Shown: positions 9,128-17,665 of the stretch, piece after piece | How positions within the stretch are numbered: the stretch's first letter is position 1 | How the letters are laid out: each line of letters starts with the position of its first letter | Assembly: GCA_018823885.1 (NCBI GenBank) | Contig: JAHJHG010000006.1 | Location: 10,752 to 74,751, forward strand | Reading direction: 5' to 3' | Origin: Patescibacteria group bacterium | GTDB lineage: Bacteria; Patescibacteriota; Microgenomatia; UBA8517 | DNA length: 64,000 nt | Made by a program: the position numbers and the translations under genes | The notes under the pieces: model-generated | The model's input: only the letters and a program-made list of their open reading frames with translations | Databases searched by the model: none | What the model was told of the DNA's origin: nothing

Positions 9128-12076
9128 ATGGCAATACAAAACGATTTTACAGTCTACCCTACATCAAAAGTAATTAGGCATACTTCTGGAACAACCGTTT
9201 ACTCAGCGGTTGCTTTCTACTCCTGGTTAATGAACACTTTTGACGAGCCAGGATACTTGACCTATGAAACCCCGATAAGGTTCAACACACCAACTTCGTT
9301 CACGATGATTAATGGCTGGTTTCTAGACGATGGGGATGGCAATCCCGCTGACACGGAAGATGGCCACATTCTTAAATATATAACTGGTGGTGGTATTGAT
9401 ACCTCCGGTTATGCCACAGTTTCTGATCCTATCTATATGGCAGACCTGGCTACTTCTACAGTCGATTTTGTCTACACAGATAAAGACCTACAAGTAACGT
9501 CTGGAGCAGCCGTGGGCCCACTACTGGCCTATAAAAATGATTACCCCACTTCCGCCCGCATTCGTATTTGGGTCAGAGATACTGAATCACACGGAGCACT
9601 CGCCACATCAACTGTCACAGAGGTCACCACTGCGGGAGGTTCGGGAACGGGTACTACTGATGGCACCACAGCATCTGTAAGCGGTGATGAGATTTACCAC
9701 AATCTGTTTACCATTGCGTCCTTTCCAACTGACGTTTATCCCCAGGTATATGTCTATCAACGACACCCTGTAACAACACAAAGTTATAACACCAGAGTCC
9801 GCATAGCGGAGTGGTCTGGTTTTACCAACTGGGACAGAGGTTCGGATGGAATTGATGTCCTCATTCCAGTCAAGCTAGGTGGTACAGCTGTTGACGGTGG
9901 CAACCTTACAGCTTTCGTCCGCGAAACTGGCGACACCTACACTTTTGTTAAGTCTACACTGACATCATCAGGTAGAACCCCTATCGCTACTGAAACTTCC
10001 GCTGACGAGGTAAATATTACTGAAGGTGAACACTATTTGCTTTACGACGGTTCTGATACTGGCTCATTTTCCGCTGATGATGTCATTACCGACAGCGATG
10101 TTTCAACGGGTGTCCCCCCCTCCTGGTACGCCGAGGTAGTTGAGGTAGATGAATTTACTGCCACTGCCACCGGTTTGCTCACAATTCGGTCTTTGCACGG
10201 AACCATTTCAGACAATGACGATATTTATGTCACCGCTTATTCTGCTGGTGCACCGGTGAGCGTACTTGAGGGTACAGTTAATGGTACTGTGGGCGACACA
10301 CTTGTGACACACACTGGAGCTGGTACTGAACCGGTTATAGGAGACATTGATTTACCTTTTGAAGGGGGTACTAGTGGAGCACACCGAGTCTTGAGAGGGT
10401 ATGATAATGCTGAAAACAAGCTTGTTATGCAGGTATATCATACATTTGGCACTCTCGACTCTCAGGTTTATACCGGATCGGGCAGAGATGCTCTTTACAT
10501 AGATTTTTCATTAACTGAAGTAGTAGACGCTCCAGCCAGTGGTACTGGTCTCATGAGTGTAACCACATCAGCAGTTAGCACTACTTTAATCTCTGGATTT
10601 TCTGATGTCACAGTGGCTCATATGAACGGTACTGTAACAGTCAGTGGTATTGCCAACGGCCCACTTATTCTTGGAGATAGATTCACGTACAACACAGGGG
10701 CCCAATCTGGGATCTTAATTTATGCCGATAGCCTAACTGCCCCCACATCTCTCATGCTCGGGAATATTGATCCTGACAATGAACCAGATGCGTCAGACCA
10801 ATTTGCTTTCCAGCTCGCCGGATCTGGTGCATGTACTGTCGACTGTGACTCTGTTTTGACTGATAATAATTCACAAAATTTTGAATTTACTCTTCAATCG
10901 ACTGGGGCGCTTTACACTATTTTTATTGAAGGAGGATCCATTTACAACGCTGGTCGAAGTCTTGCCGATATCTATGCATATTTGCAATACTACGTTCGAG
11001 ACGGCCAGAATATATCCGAGAGAACTATCTATACCAGCGATGGCACTGCCATTACAAAATTAGCGGCCGAAGAATATATCAAGGCAGTCGATGTAACTGC
11101 TTATTCTGCAACCAAACCAGCACCGTTCGGAACCTTAGCTGGAACCACTTTCTTCGGTGCCCAAGGTGTGTGGCTGCAGGGCATGACAAGCACTGACAAC
11201 AACAACATAAAATTCATTGATGCTGGTACAAGCCCCACTTGGGTAGGAACTCTCCGAGAGCCTGATCCATCTATAAACTTAACGATAAGTAACACTAGGG
11301 TTGGCGATAGAATAGCAGTCTACCTAGAAAGTGGCTCTACTACTTTGCCTGACAAAGCTCAATACACGAGCCATGCCACACTTAATGCTCAAAGTGACTC
11401 AACTTTTGATAGAAATGCCTCTGATGGTGCATTCCCCATCGACACACCAACTTTTGGAACTTTTATCGCAGTTGCCACTGATGAAAGCGAGGAGCACAGA
11501 TATAGATATACTTCTTATAACGCAACTGGTGGTGGTGGTTCCGATGGACAATTAGTGTTACCGACTGAAAGGACGGGAACGGCGACAGCTGGTTCTACTG
11601 GACAAACTTTGGTAGCTTCGGCTGCAACGTTTGTTAGCTGGGTCGACCAGAATGGATTAACAACCCAAATTGGAGATATTATCAGAAGAACCAATAATGA
11701 GGGTGGGTGGGCGTATATCACCAGCATCGATTCAGAAACACAAGTTACGACAACACTATTTAACGCTGGCATCACTCAGGGTTGGGATGATACTGCAACA
11801 GCTGATACATTTGAGATGCTCTCTTTAGTGCAATTATATGATGACAGCGATACTTTCTTTATCCCTTATATGGACTTTAGAGAATCCGCTGGAACGGATG
11901 GTTCCCCGGGTTCAGAAACAGTAACAGTATTGTATTATGCAAATCGAGAAGTAGTAATTGAGGTTCGCAACGTCGAAGCTTCCACTCAGATTATTCCTTT
12001 CAAAACCACCGGAACTATTTCTTCAACAGGTTTGACTCAGTCTGTAATTAGAAACGAAGATACTGTTTACACTTAA
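9128..12076 (+). CDS. Large phage-structural-like protein (982 aa)
   Basis: No signal peptide or TM; T/G/S/D-rich. N-terminus MAIQNDF...IRHTSGTTVYS...FDEP...TPT.FT.INGWF resembles, from memory and not a search, uncharacterised virion proteins of environmental phages. Confidence 0.6.
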   Translation: MAIQNDFTVYPTSKVIRHTSGTTVYSAVAFYSWLMNTFDEPGYLTYETPIRFNTPTSFTMINGWFLDDGDGNPADTEDGHILKYITGGGIDTSGYATVSDPIYMADLATSTVDFVYTDKDLQVTSGAAVGPLLAYKNDYPTSARIRIWVRDTESHGALATSTVTEVTTAGGSGTGTTDGTTASVSGDEIYHNLFTIASFPTDVYPQVYVYQRHPVTTQSYNTRVRIAEWSGFTNWDRGSDGIDVLIPVKLGGTAVDGGNLTAFVRETGDTYTFVKSTLTSSGRTPIATETSADEVNITEGEHYLLYDGSDTGSFSADDVITDSDVSTGVPPSWYAEVVEVDEFTATATGLLTIRSLHGTISDNDDIYVTAYSAGAPVSVLEGTVNGTVGDTLVTHTGAGTEPVIGDIDLPFEGGTSGAHRVLRGYDNAENKLVMQVYHTFGTLDSQVYTGSGRDALYIDFSLTEVVDAPASGTGLMSVTTSAVSTTLISGFSDVTVAHMNGTVTVSGIANGPLILGDRFTYNTGAQSGILIYADSLTAPTSLMLGNIDPDNEPDASDQFAFQLAGSGACTVDCDSVLTDNNSQNFEFTLQSTGALYTIFIEGGSIYNAGRSLADIYAYLQYYVRDGQNISERTIYTSDGTAITKLAAEEYIKAVDVTAYSATKPAPFGTLAGTTFFGAQGVWLQGMTSTDNNNIKFIDAGTSPTWVGTLREPDPSINLTISNTRVGDRIAVYLESGSTTLPDKAQYTSHATLNAQSDSTFDRNASDGAFPIDTPTFGTFIAVATDESEEHRYRYTSYNATGGGGSDGQLVLPTERTGTATAGSTGQTLVASAATFVSWVDQNGLTTQIGDIIRRTNNEGGWAYITSIDSETQVTTTLFNAGITQGWDDTATADTFEMLSLVQLYDDSDTFFIPYMDFRESAGTDGSPGSETVTVLYYANREVVIEVRNVEASTQIIPFKTTGTISSTGLTQSVIRNEDTVYT

Positions 12077-12082
12077 ACCCAA

Positions 12083-12517
12083 TTAGTTTGATTTTGAAGG
12101 AGATCTAAGCTTCTCTAAGATTATTCTCGTTTCAAGTGCTTTTTTAGTCTCACCTGTAAAATAATATACTTGGCCAAGATTATAGTATGCTTCCCGGTAC
12201 TTCGGATATATTTTAATCGCTCTTTTGTAAAAAAATTCAGCCTCCTTAAGTCGATCTGTACTCATGTAAACATTTCCCAAGTTATTATAGACTACTCCAC
12301 TATTCGGCTTTATTTTTAAAGCTTTGACATAAATATTTTCTGCTTCCTTAAAAAGCCCCGCACATTTATAGGCCACTCCAAGATTGCAGTAAGCCTTAAA
12401 GTAATCAGGCATAATTTTAATAGCCTGTTTATAACTGGCAATGGCTTTGGGATATTCCCTCTTTTTCAAAAAATCGTTGCCAGCCTGATAGTACACTTTT
12501 GCCTGCTGCTGCTTCAT
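12083..12517 (-). CDS. TPR repeat protein
   Basis: Four TPRs (AYCNLGVAY, VYNNLGNVY, AYYNLGQVY); ATG at 12517 preferred. Confidence 0.9.
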   Translation of the reverse strand: MKQQQAKVYYQAGNDFLKKREYPKAIASYKQAIKIMPDYFKAYCNLGVAYKCAGLFKEAENIYVKALKIKPNSGVVYNNLGNVYMSTDRLKEAEFFYKRAIKIYPKYREAYYNLGQVYYFTGETKKALETRIILEKLRSPSKSN

Positions 12518-12657
12518 TTTGTAAATTGTACCATTTAAGATGACGAACACTTTGACTTCGAGCAATCTGCTGCTACAGGCGATTATTATTAGTTTAAGCT
12601 CCTAATGCCGTTAACAACTAGATTTGAAGGAATTCTTCCGACATAATAGTATGAGTT

Positions 12658-13977
12658 ATGGCAATAAGAGTAAATCCTTACGTTAGCCCTAGAATTATAG
12701 AGGTTCAAGCACCCCTTACAGAAATCTCTATTCAAGACTTAACTGACCAAATAAAAGACTGGGAAGACGAACCAGCCGATCTTGCCTTTCCTATTTTGAT
12801 TAGAACGTACGGAAAACAACCTCTTGGTGGCGGATCTTTCGTGGGAATAACAGCTGTATTACAAAACGCAAAAATTTCTTTTGAAGCTAGGGACGGATTA
12901 GATACTCCACCCGAGGTTTTATGTACTATCTCCGGAGGAAATTTAGTTGCCGTTGACGATGTTGGTGCCTCAATGAACCCTATTCACCCAACTGCTTATA
13001 CTCAAGTTGTTATTGCCCAGTCAACCTCTCCTTCTATTATTACTCCACCCGAAGACCTTAACATGCTTTACCTTATTGAATCTCTAAGAGGTACTGGTAA
13101 ATCTTTGGGGAGTATTTTCTACTGGGATCCGGAAGGTGGAAGCGATACAAACGATGGGAGCCAACCTAGTGAAGCTGTTCAAACCTTTGCCGCAGCACAG
13201 GCATTGACGACAGCCGGAGCGGGAGATATTATTTTTGCTCTCTCAACCCACTCAAGTGGAATCACAACTACCTCTGAAAAACTAAGCATTACTACCGCGG
13301 GCCTGAAAGTAAGAGGCCCTGGCTACAGACTTCAATTGATTCCATCGGCCACCGGTTCCCCTACCGTCAATATCTCAGCCAACTCTGCTGAATTTGAGGG
13401 TTTTTATATCGAAACGAAGAGTGGAGGAACAGACAACGGAATCACAGCGACTGGAAATAATGTGGTGATTAAAGACTGTTGGGTAAATTCTGCCACTGGT
13501 AATGGAATTGATATTTCCTCGACCAGTAGAACTGAAATTAATACTTGCGTGATTGAAGAGAGTGTTGGTTACGGAATCAATGTGGGGGCAACAACAAGTC
13601 TCTCAACAATTCGAAAATGTATCATCTCTGGCAACTCCGAAGGAGTATATATTGCGGGGGCCAGCATTACGGACAACATATTGGAAAACAATATAATTTA
13701 CAACAACACGACCAGCGGAATTGAAATTGGCAACGGAGTGGTCAGAACCGGGATTCGATTGCATCATACTTTTGCCGCCAATAACCCCAATATCACTGAC
13801 GATGGAACAGGGACTTATCAAGACACATCAGGGACAATCGAGCAAGGGGATATCGACAACATTGTTAGTGGGGTTTGGGATGAAGTAATTTCAGCTACAG
13901 CTCATGCGGGTGCCGGAAGTGCCGGAAAGACATTGAGGGACGCGAAAACGAAAGCCACCCTTGCTTCCCTTAAGTAA
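12658..13977 (+). CDS. Right-handed beta-helix (pectin-lyase-like) protein with phage-like N- and C-terminal segments
   Basis: YWDPEGGSDTNDGSQPSEAVQTFAAA cap motif; GI/IxNxxI repeats; N-terminus PRIIEV...IQDL...WEDEP...GKQPLGGG; C-terminus IVSGVWDE...HAGAGSAGK; no signal peptide. Confidence 0.7.
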   Translation: MAIRVNPYVSPRIIEVQAPLTEISIQDLTDQIKDWEDEPADLAFPILIRTYGKQPLGGGSFVGITAVLQNAKISFEARDGLDTPPEVLCTISGGNLVAVDDVGASMNPIHPTAYTQVVIAQSTSPSIITPPEDLNMLYLIESLRGTGKSLGSIFYWDPEGGSDTNDGSQPSEAVQTFAAAQALTTAGAGDIIFALSTHSSGITTTSEKLSITTAGLKVRGPGYRLQLIPSATGSPTVNISANSAEFEGFYIETKSGGTDNGITATGNNVVIKDCWVNSATGNGIDISSTSRTEINTCVIEESVGYGINVGATTSLSTIRKCIISGNSEGVYIAGASITDNILENNIIYNNTTSGIEIGNGVVRTGIRLHHTFAANNPNITDDGTGTYQDTSGTIEQGDIDNIVSGVWDEVISATAHAGAGSAGKTLRDAKTKATLASLK

Positions 13978-14512
13978 TATGAGCTATCTCTAACTCGTAG
14001 GCCATTTTTTCTCCTATAAATTTAATCTTTGCGAGCTCTACCTCATTCAACTCTTCATTGGCTCCACCAATTCCAATTCTTACTTTCCAGAAATCTTTGC
14101 TGTTTAATTTCTTCTCCATTTTCAAAATTGCTTCCGGGGCAGAACCTAAATTTTTACTTATATCAAACTGGCCAAAAGTAAGGTTTTCGTCAGGATAAAT
14201 AATATAAAAGTCTTCGGGAATCACTCTGTAAAACGCGTAGAGACCAAAGGCAACATCATCAAACTTGTCTGTAGGGGTCCTAGGCTTAACCACCATCGTC
14301 AAAGGATTCAGATTGGTAGTCATGAGCATATATTTTGATCTCATCGCCCAGCCGCTTACCATGGCGTTAGGATATAGCTTTCTCACTTTTTCCACGGCAT
14401 AATCAATAATCATATAACCCACATTGCTTCGGGCTTTTGCATACCGTATTCCGGGGTTCCCGTAAGCAATAATCAGTCTTACTTTTTCCTCTATATTCTT
14501 TTCCTCTGTCAT
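13970..14512 (-). CDS. Degenerate peptidyl-tRNA hydrolase paralogue
   Basis: Pth fold motifs GNPG..Y, KP.T, FW.VRIGIG are present, but RHN is RSN, HDDLD is YPDEN and HNG is missing. Confidence 0.75.
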   Translation of the reverse strand: MTEEKNIEEKVRLIIAYGNPGIRYAKARSNVGYMIIDYAVEKVRKLYPNAMVSGWAMRSKYMLMTTNLNPLTMVVKPRTPTDKFDDVAFGLYAFYRVIPEDFYIIYPDENLTFGQFDISKNLGSAPEAILKMEKKLNSKDFWKVRIGIGGANEELNEVELAKIKFIGEKMAYELEIAHIT

Positions 14513-14599
14513 CTCTTTTAAGTCCCCATTCTTTCAAAATATGATAGCATTTTTTCCCCTCTTGCTTTTGGAAAATATTTCTTTTACCATCTTACTAGA

Positions 14600-14791
14600 A
14601 TGCCAGCCTTCTTAAAAAACATCGGAGCAGTCGAGCTCATCATCATTGCCCTCATTCTTGTTCTTCTTTTCGGAGGTAAAAAGTTTAAGGAATTAGCTCG
14701 TGGACTTGGAGAGTCAAAACACGAAGCGAAAAAACTTAAAGAAGAAATTATAGGCAAGGGCAAGAAGGATTCTGAAGAAGACGCTTCTTGA
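14600..14791 (+). CDS. tatA: TatA/E family protein (copy 1)
   Basis: IGAVELIIIALILVLLFGGKKFKELARGLGES: short TM, FG hinge, amphipathic helix. Confidence 0.9.
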   Translation: MPAFLKNIGAVELIIIALILVLLFGGKKFKELARGLGESKHEAKKLKEEIIGKGKKDSEEDAS

Positions 14792-14841
14792 CTAGTTGCC
14801 ACAAACAAGTAAGAATTAATAAGTAAGGGAGGTGGTAGATA

Positions 14842-14985
14842 GTGATCAAGAATCTAGGAACAACTGAACTAATAATTATCGCTTTAATCTTAATACTTCT
14901 ATTTGGTGGCAAAAAGATACCTGAGTTTATAAAGGGTGTCGGAGAGGCTGTTAAAGAATTCCGAAAGGCGTCTAAAGAAGACTAA
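14842..14985 (+). CDS. tatA: TatA/E family protein (copy 2, not in ORF track)
   Basis: GTG start after GGAGGTGG; MIKNLGTTELIIIALILILLFGGKKIPEFIKGVGEAVKEFRKASKED. Confidence 0.9.
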   Translation: MIKNLGTTELIIIALILILLFGGKKIPEFIKGVGEAVKEFRKASKED

Positions 14986-14991
14986 TTTTCT

Positions 14992-15198
14992 ATGCTAAAA
15001 AACTTAGGAACGGTTGAATTTGTGGTTATCGGAGTAATCGCAGTTCTTTTGTTTGGAAGCAAAAGAATAACAGATGTGGCCAAAGGCCTGGGCAAGTCAA
15101 CAAAGGAATTCAAAAAAGCACAAAGTGAATACGAAAAAACAGTTAACAAAGATGTCTCCGAAGAAGAGTCGGAAGACAAAGATAAGGAGGTGACATAG
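14992..15198 (+). CDS. tatA: TatA/E family protein (copy 3)
   Basis: LGTVEFVVIGVIAVLLFGSKRITDVAKGLGKSTKEFKKA. Confidence 0.9.
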   Translation: MLKNLGTVEFVVIGVIAVLLFGSKRITDVAKGLGKSTKEFKKAQSEYEKTVNKDVSEEESEDKDKEVT

Positions 15199-15351
15199 AT
15201 GTTTGGAAAACTTGGAGCATTAGAATTAATTATTATCGCTTTTGTCTTAATCCTACTTTTCGGTGGCAAAAAGATCCCTGAATTAGTTCGCGGAATCGGT
15301 GAGGCCGTTCGTGAATTTAAAAAGGGTGCCAAAGAAGAAAAAAAAGATTAA
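15199..15351 (+). CDS. tatA: TatA/E family protein (copy 4, not in ORF track)
   Basis: SD AAGGAGGTG; MFGKLGALELIIIAFVLILLFGGKKIPELVRGIGEAVREFKKGAKEEKKD. Confidence 0.9.
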   Translation: MFGKLGALELIIIAFVLILLFGGKKIPELVRGIGEAVREFKKGAKEEKKD

Positions 15352-15412
15352 ATTACTCCTCTTGCACATATCCCCCTGTTTAACTTATCATTAGACAAAT
15401 TAGCTTTTATCT

Positions 15413-15577
15413 ATGTTAAATAACGTTGGACCGGCTGAAATGATAATCATTGGTATTGTGGCTCTTTTCCTTTTCGGAAACAAGAAACTGTCCGAATTGG
15501 CTCGAGGCCTCGGGGAGTCAACTAAAGAATTTAAAAAGATTAAAAAAGACATTGGAAAAGAAATTGATACAGACTAA
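15413..15577 (+). CDS. tatA: TatA/E family protein (copy 5, not in ORF track)
   Basis: MLNNVGPAEMIIIGIVALFLFGNKKLSELARGLGESTKEFKKIKKDIGKEIDTD. Confidence 0.9.
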   Translation: MLNNVGPAEMIIIGIVALFLFGNKKLSELARGLGESTKEFKKIKKDIGKEIDTD

Positions 15578-15609
15578 TAAATATTTAAGACCGGAAGGGG
15601 GTGTTATAA

Positions 15610-15762
15610 ATGCCTAGTCGATTTGGAGCATTAGAAATTGCCATTATCGCTTTGATTCTTATATTGCTTTTTGGTGGTAAAAAGATCCCTGAATTAATAA
15701 AGGGGGTCGGAAAAGGAATCCGAGAGTATCGCAAAGCGTCAAAAGAAGAGAAAAAGGAATAA
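15610..15762 (+). CDS. tatA: TatA/E family protein (copy 6, not in ORF track)
   Basis: MPSRFGALEIAIIALILILLFGGKKIPELIKGVGKGIREYRKASKEEKKE; abuts tatC. Confidence 0.9.
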   Translation: MPSRFGALEIAIIALILILLFGGKKIPELIKGVGKGIREYRKASKEEKKE

Positions 15763-16506
15763 ATGGACGATATATATAATCGCTTCTTCCCGTACCTTAT
15801 GGAGGTTCGAAAAAGGCTGTTTTTTATAGCCTCTATTTTTCTTATTTCATCCGCCCTGGGTTTCATCTATTACGAGAAGATAATCACCACCAGCCTGGGT
15901 ATTTTTAATCTTGAGGGAATAAATATTGTTTTTACCTCTCCTTTTCAATTTTTAGAACTTTCAATTAATTCCGGCCTCCTGGTCGGTTTGATTGCTGTTT
16001 TCCCTCTGATAATAGTTCAGGTCCTGTCATTCTTAAAACCCGCCTTAAAGAAAAGCGAATTTAAGCTGGTTATTTCTCTCTTGCCCTTAAGTATCTTTCT
16101 TTTTATCTTCGGATTTACCTACGGCATCTTTATCATGAGATATGTCTTGGTTATCTTCTATGAGAAGTCCTTAGCGCTTTCCATTGGCAACTTCTTAGAT
16201 GTTAGCAAGTTCCTCTCTCAGATTCTGCTTACCTCGGCTCTAATGGGCCTAGCCTTCCAATTTCCTGTTATCTTGACAGTCCTAATGCGCCTAAGAGTAA
16301 TAACGTATAGCGCCCTTTCAAAACAAAGAATGATCGCTTACTCCTCCTCAATTATCTTTGCCGCCTTTTTGCCACCTACCGACCTGCTCTCTCTTGCCCT
16401 TTTAACAGTCCCTCTTGTAATACTTTTCGAAACTACGCTATTATTAAACAAGGTGGTATTCAAAGCCCCCCTTAAACCAAAAAAGGAGGTGAAACGTAAT
16501 GTTTAA
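15763..16506 (+). CDS. tatC: Twin-arginine translocase subunit TatC
   Basis: YLMEVRKRL, SPFQF, Q..SFLKPAL..SE, GLAFQFP, AAFLPPTD..S; six TM helices. Confidence 0.92.
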   Translation: MDDIYNRFFPYLMEVRKRLFFIASIFLISSALGFIYYEKIITTSLGIFNLEGINIVFTSPFQFLELSINSGLLVGLIAVFPLIIVQVLSFLKPALKKSEFKLVISLLPLSIFLFIFGFTYGIFIMRYVLVIFYEKSLALSIGNFLDVSKFLSQILLTSALMGLAFQFPVILTVLMRLRVITYSALSKQRMIAYSSSIIFAAFLPPTDLLSLALLTVPLVILFETTLLLNKVVFKAPLKPKKEVKRNV

Positions 16507-16657
16507 AACAATTGGATCAACAGAACTACTAATAATTGCCATAATATTACTTATTCTTTTTGGAGGAAGAAAGCTTCCAGAGCTTGGAAAAGGAATGGGA
16601 GAATCTGTAAAGGAATTTAGAAAATCTTTAAAGAAAGAACCTAAAACCAAAAAGTAA
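16499..16657 (+). CDS. tatA: TatA/E family protein (copy 7, not in ORF track)
   Basis: SD AAGGAGGTG inside the tatC end; MFKTIGSTELLIIAIILLILFGGRKLPELGKGMGESVKEFRKSLKKEPKTKK. Confidence 0.9.
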   Translation: MFKTIGSTELLIIAIILLILFGGRKLPELGKGMGESVKEFRKSLKKEPKTKK

Positions 16658-16662
16658 TTCCT

Positions 16663-17046
16663 TTGCTAACCCCTCTACTCGCCTTAATAGCACCATTCAT
16701 TGTTTGGCCTATTGAGTTAATATTGCCATATCCTCACATCATTGAGGAGTTGGCAAAAGCGGTTCTTGTTTTTACCCTACTGGATCTTCCGGATCGTTTA
16801 ACGAAAATCAAACTTACGATCTTAATCGGAGTACTTTTTGCATTCTCCGAATCAGTCCTCTATCTTTTCAATATTCAAATGGTCGGCATTATGCGGACAT
16901 ATTTTGTCAGACTTCTTGTCACCATTCCACTTCATGTCATCACAACATTAATCATTTTATTACCGGCCCTGAAAAATAAGAAATTAATTATTGTCGGAGT
17001 TTTATTTGCTTCCCTAATCCACTACCTCTTCAATTTATACATCTAA
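16663..17046 (+). CDS. Minimal PrsW-family intramembrane protease-like protein
   Basis: IEELAK, FAFSE, R...PLH, IHYLFN motifs in only 127 aa. Confidence 0.75.
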   Translation: MLTPLLALIAPFIVWPIELILPYPHIIEELAKAVLVFTLLDLPDRLTKIKLTILIGVLFAFSESVLYLFNIQMVGIMRTYFVRLLVTIPLHVITTLIILLPALKNKKLIIVGVLFASLIHYLFNLYI

Positions 17047-17107
17047 TAACAGTAAACAAGAGATACATTGATAAATAGTTGGCTATACTATTATATATAT
17101 TGATATA

Positions 17108-17608
17108 TTATAGTTGCCAAGATAAGAAGGCAGTGCTCAAATCTTCATCTGAAAAATCCTGAATGATATTTGCTTTCTTCTTTTTATAAAAATTTAGAGC
17201 GGCCGGACTTCTATCACTAACATATGCATAGATTTCTCTAATCCCCTTATCTTTTGTAAAAGCTAATACTTTTTCAAATAATTTATTGCTGTACCCCTCT
17301 CCTCTAAGTTCTGGTTTGACATACATGTACATCAACTCAAACGGATCTGGGTCCATCTGAAAATCATTCTTAACCCATCCTTCTTCTTTAAAGGTCTGTC
17401 CCCACACTTTCATTTTGGCTGGTGAGTGACCAATAACCACAAAGCCAATTCTTTCTCCTTTTTTGTTTTCTTGAAAAATAACATATACCTTGGAGTTTCT
17501 TTCCTCGTCGCTTAAATCAAATTCCTTATTTATTCTTTTAACAAAATGTGAATAGGCTTTATCATCGCCAACAATATCAGCGATCTCCCGTATCTCGTCT
17601 CTGCTCAT
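17108..17608 (-). CDS. GNAT acetyltransferase
   Basis: MYVKPELRGEGYS motif A; AALNFYKK. Confidence 0.85.
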   Translation of the reverse strand: MSRDEIREIADIVGDDKAYSHFVKRINKEFDLSDEERNSKVYVIFQENKKGERIGFVVIGHSPAKMKVWGQTFKEEGWVKNDFQMDPDPFELMYMYVKPELRGEGYSNKLFEKVLAFTKDKGIREIYAYVSDRSPAALNFYKKKKANIIQDFSDEDLSTAFLSWQL

Positions 17609-17665
17609 AAAACTATTATGAAACAGGAAAGAATAATTAGAAAGTATTAATTGAAGTCTTACTTA

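Noticed and set aside
5934-13977. Intact prophage
   Set aside because: No recognisable integrase, terminase, portal, capsid, lysis genes or att repeats.
14600-15762. Recurrent similar segments as a CRISPR array or DGR
   Set aside because: They are diverged protein-coding paralogues; there are no identical repeats with spacers and no cas or RT gene.
14584-16650. Minus-strand ORFs 14584-14808, 14982-15332, 15585-15866, 16444-16650
   Set aside because: Antisense shadows of the tatA copies.
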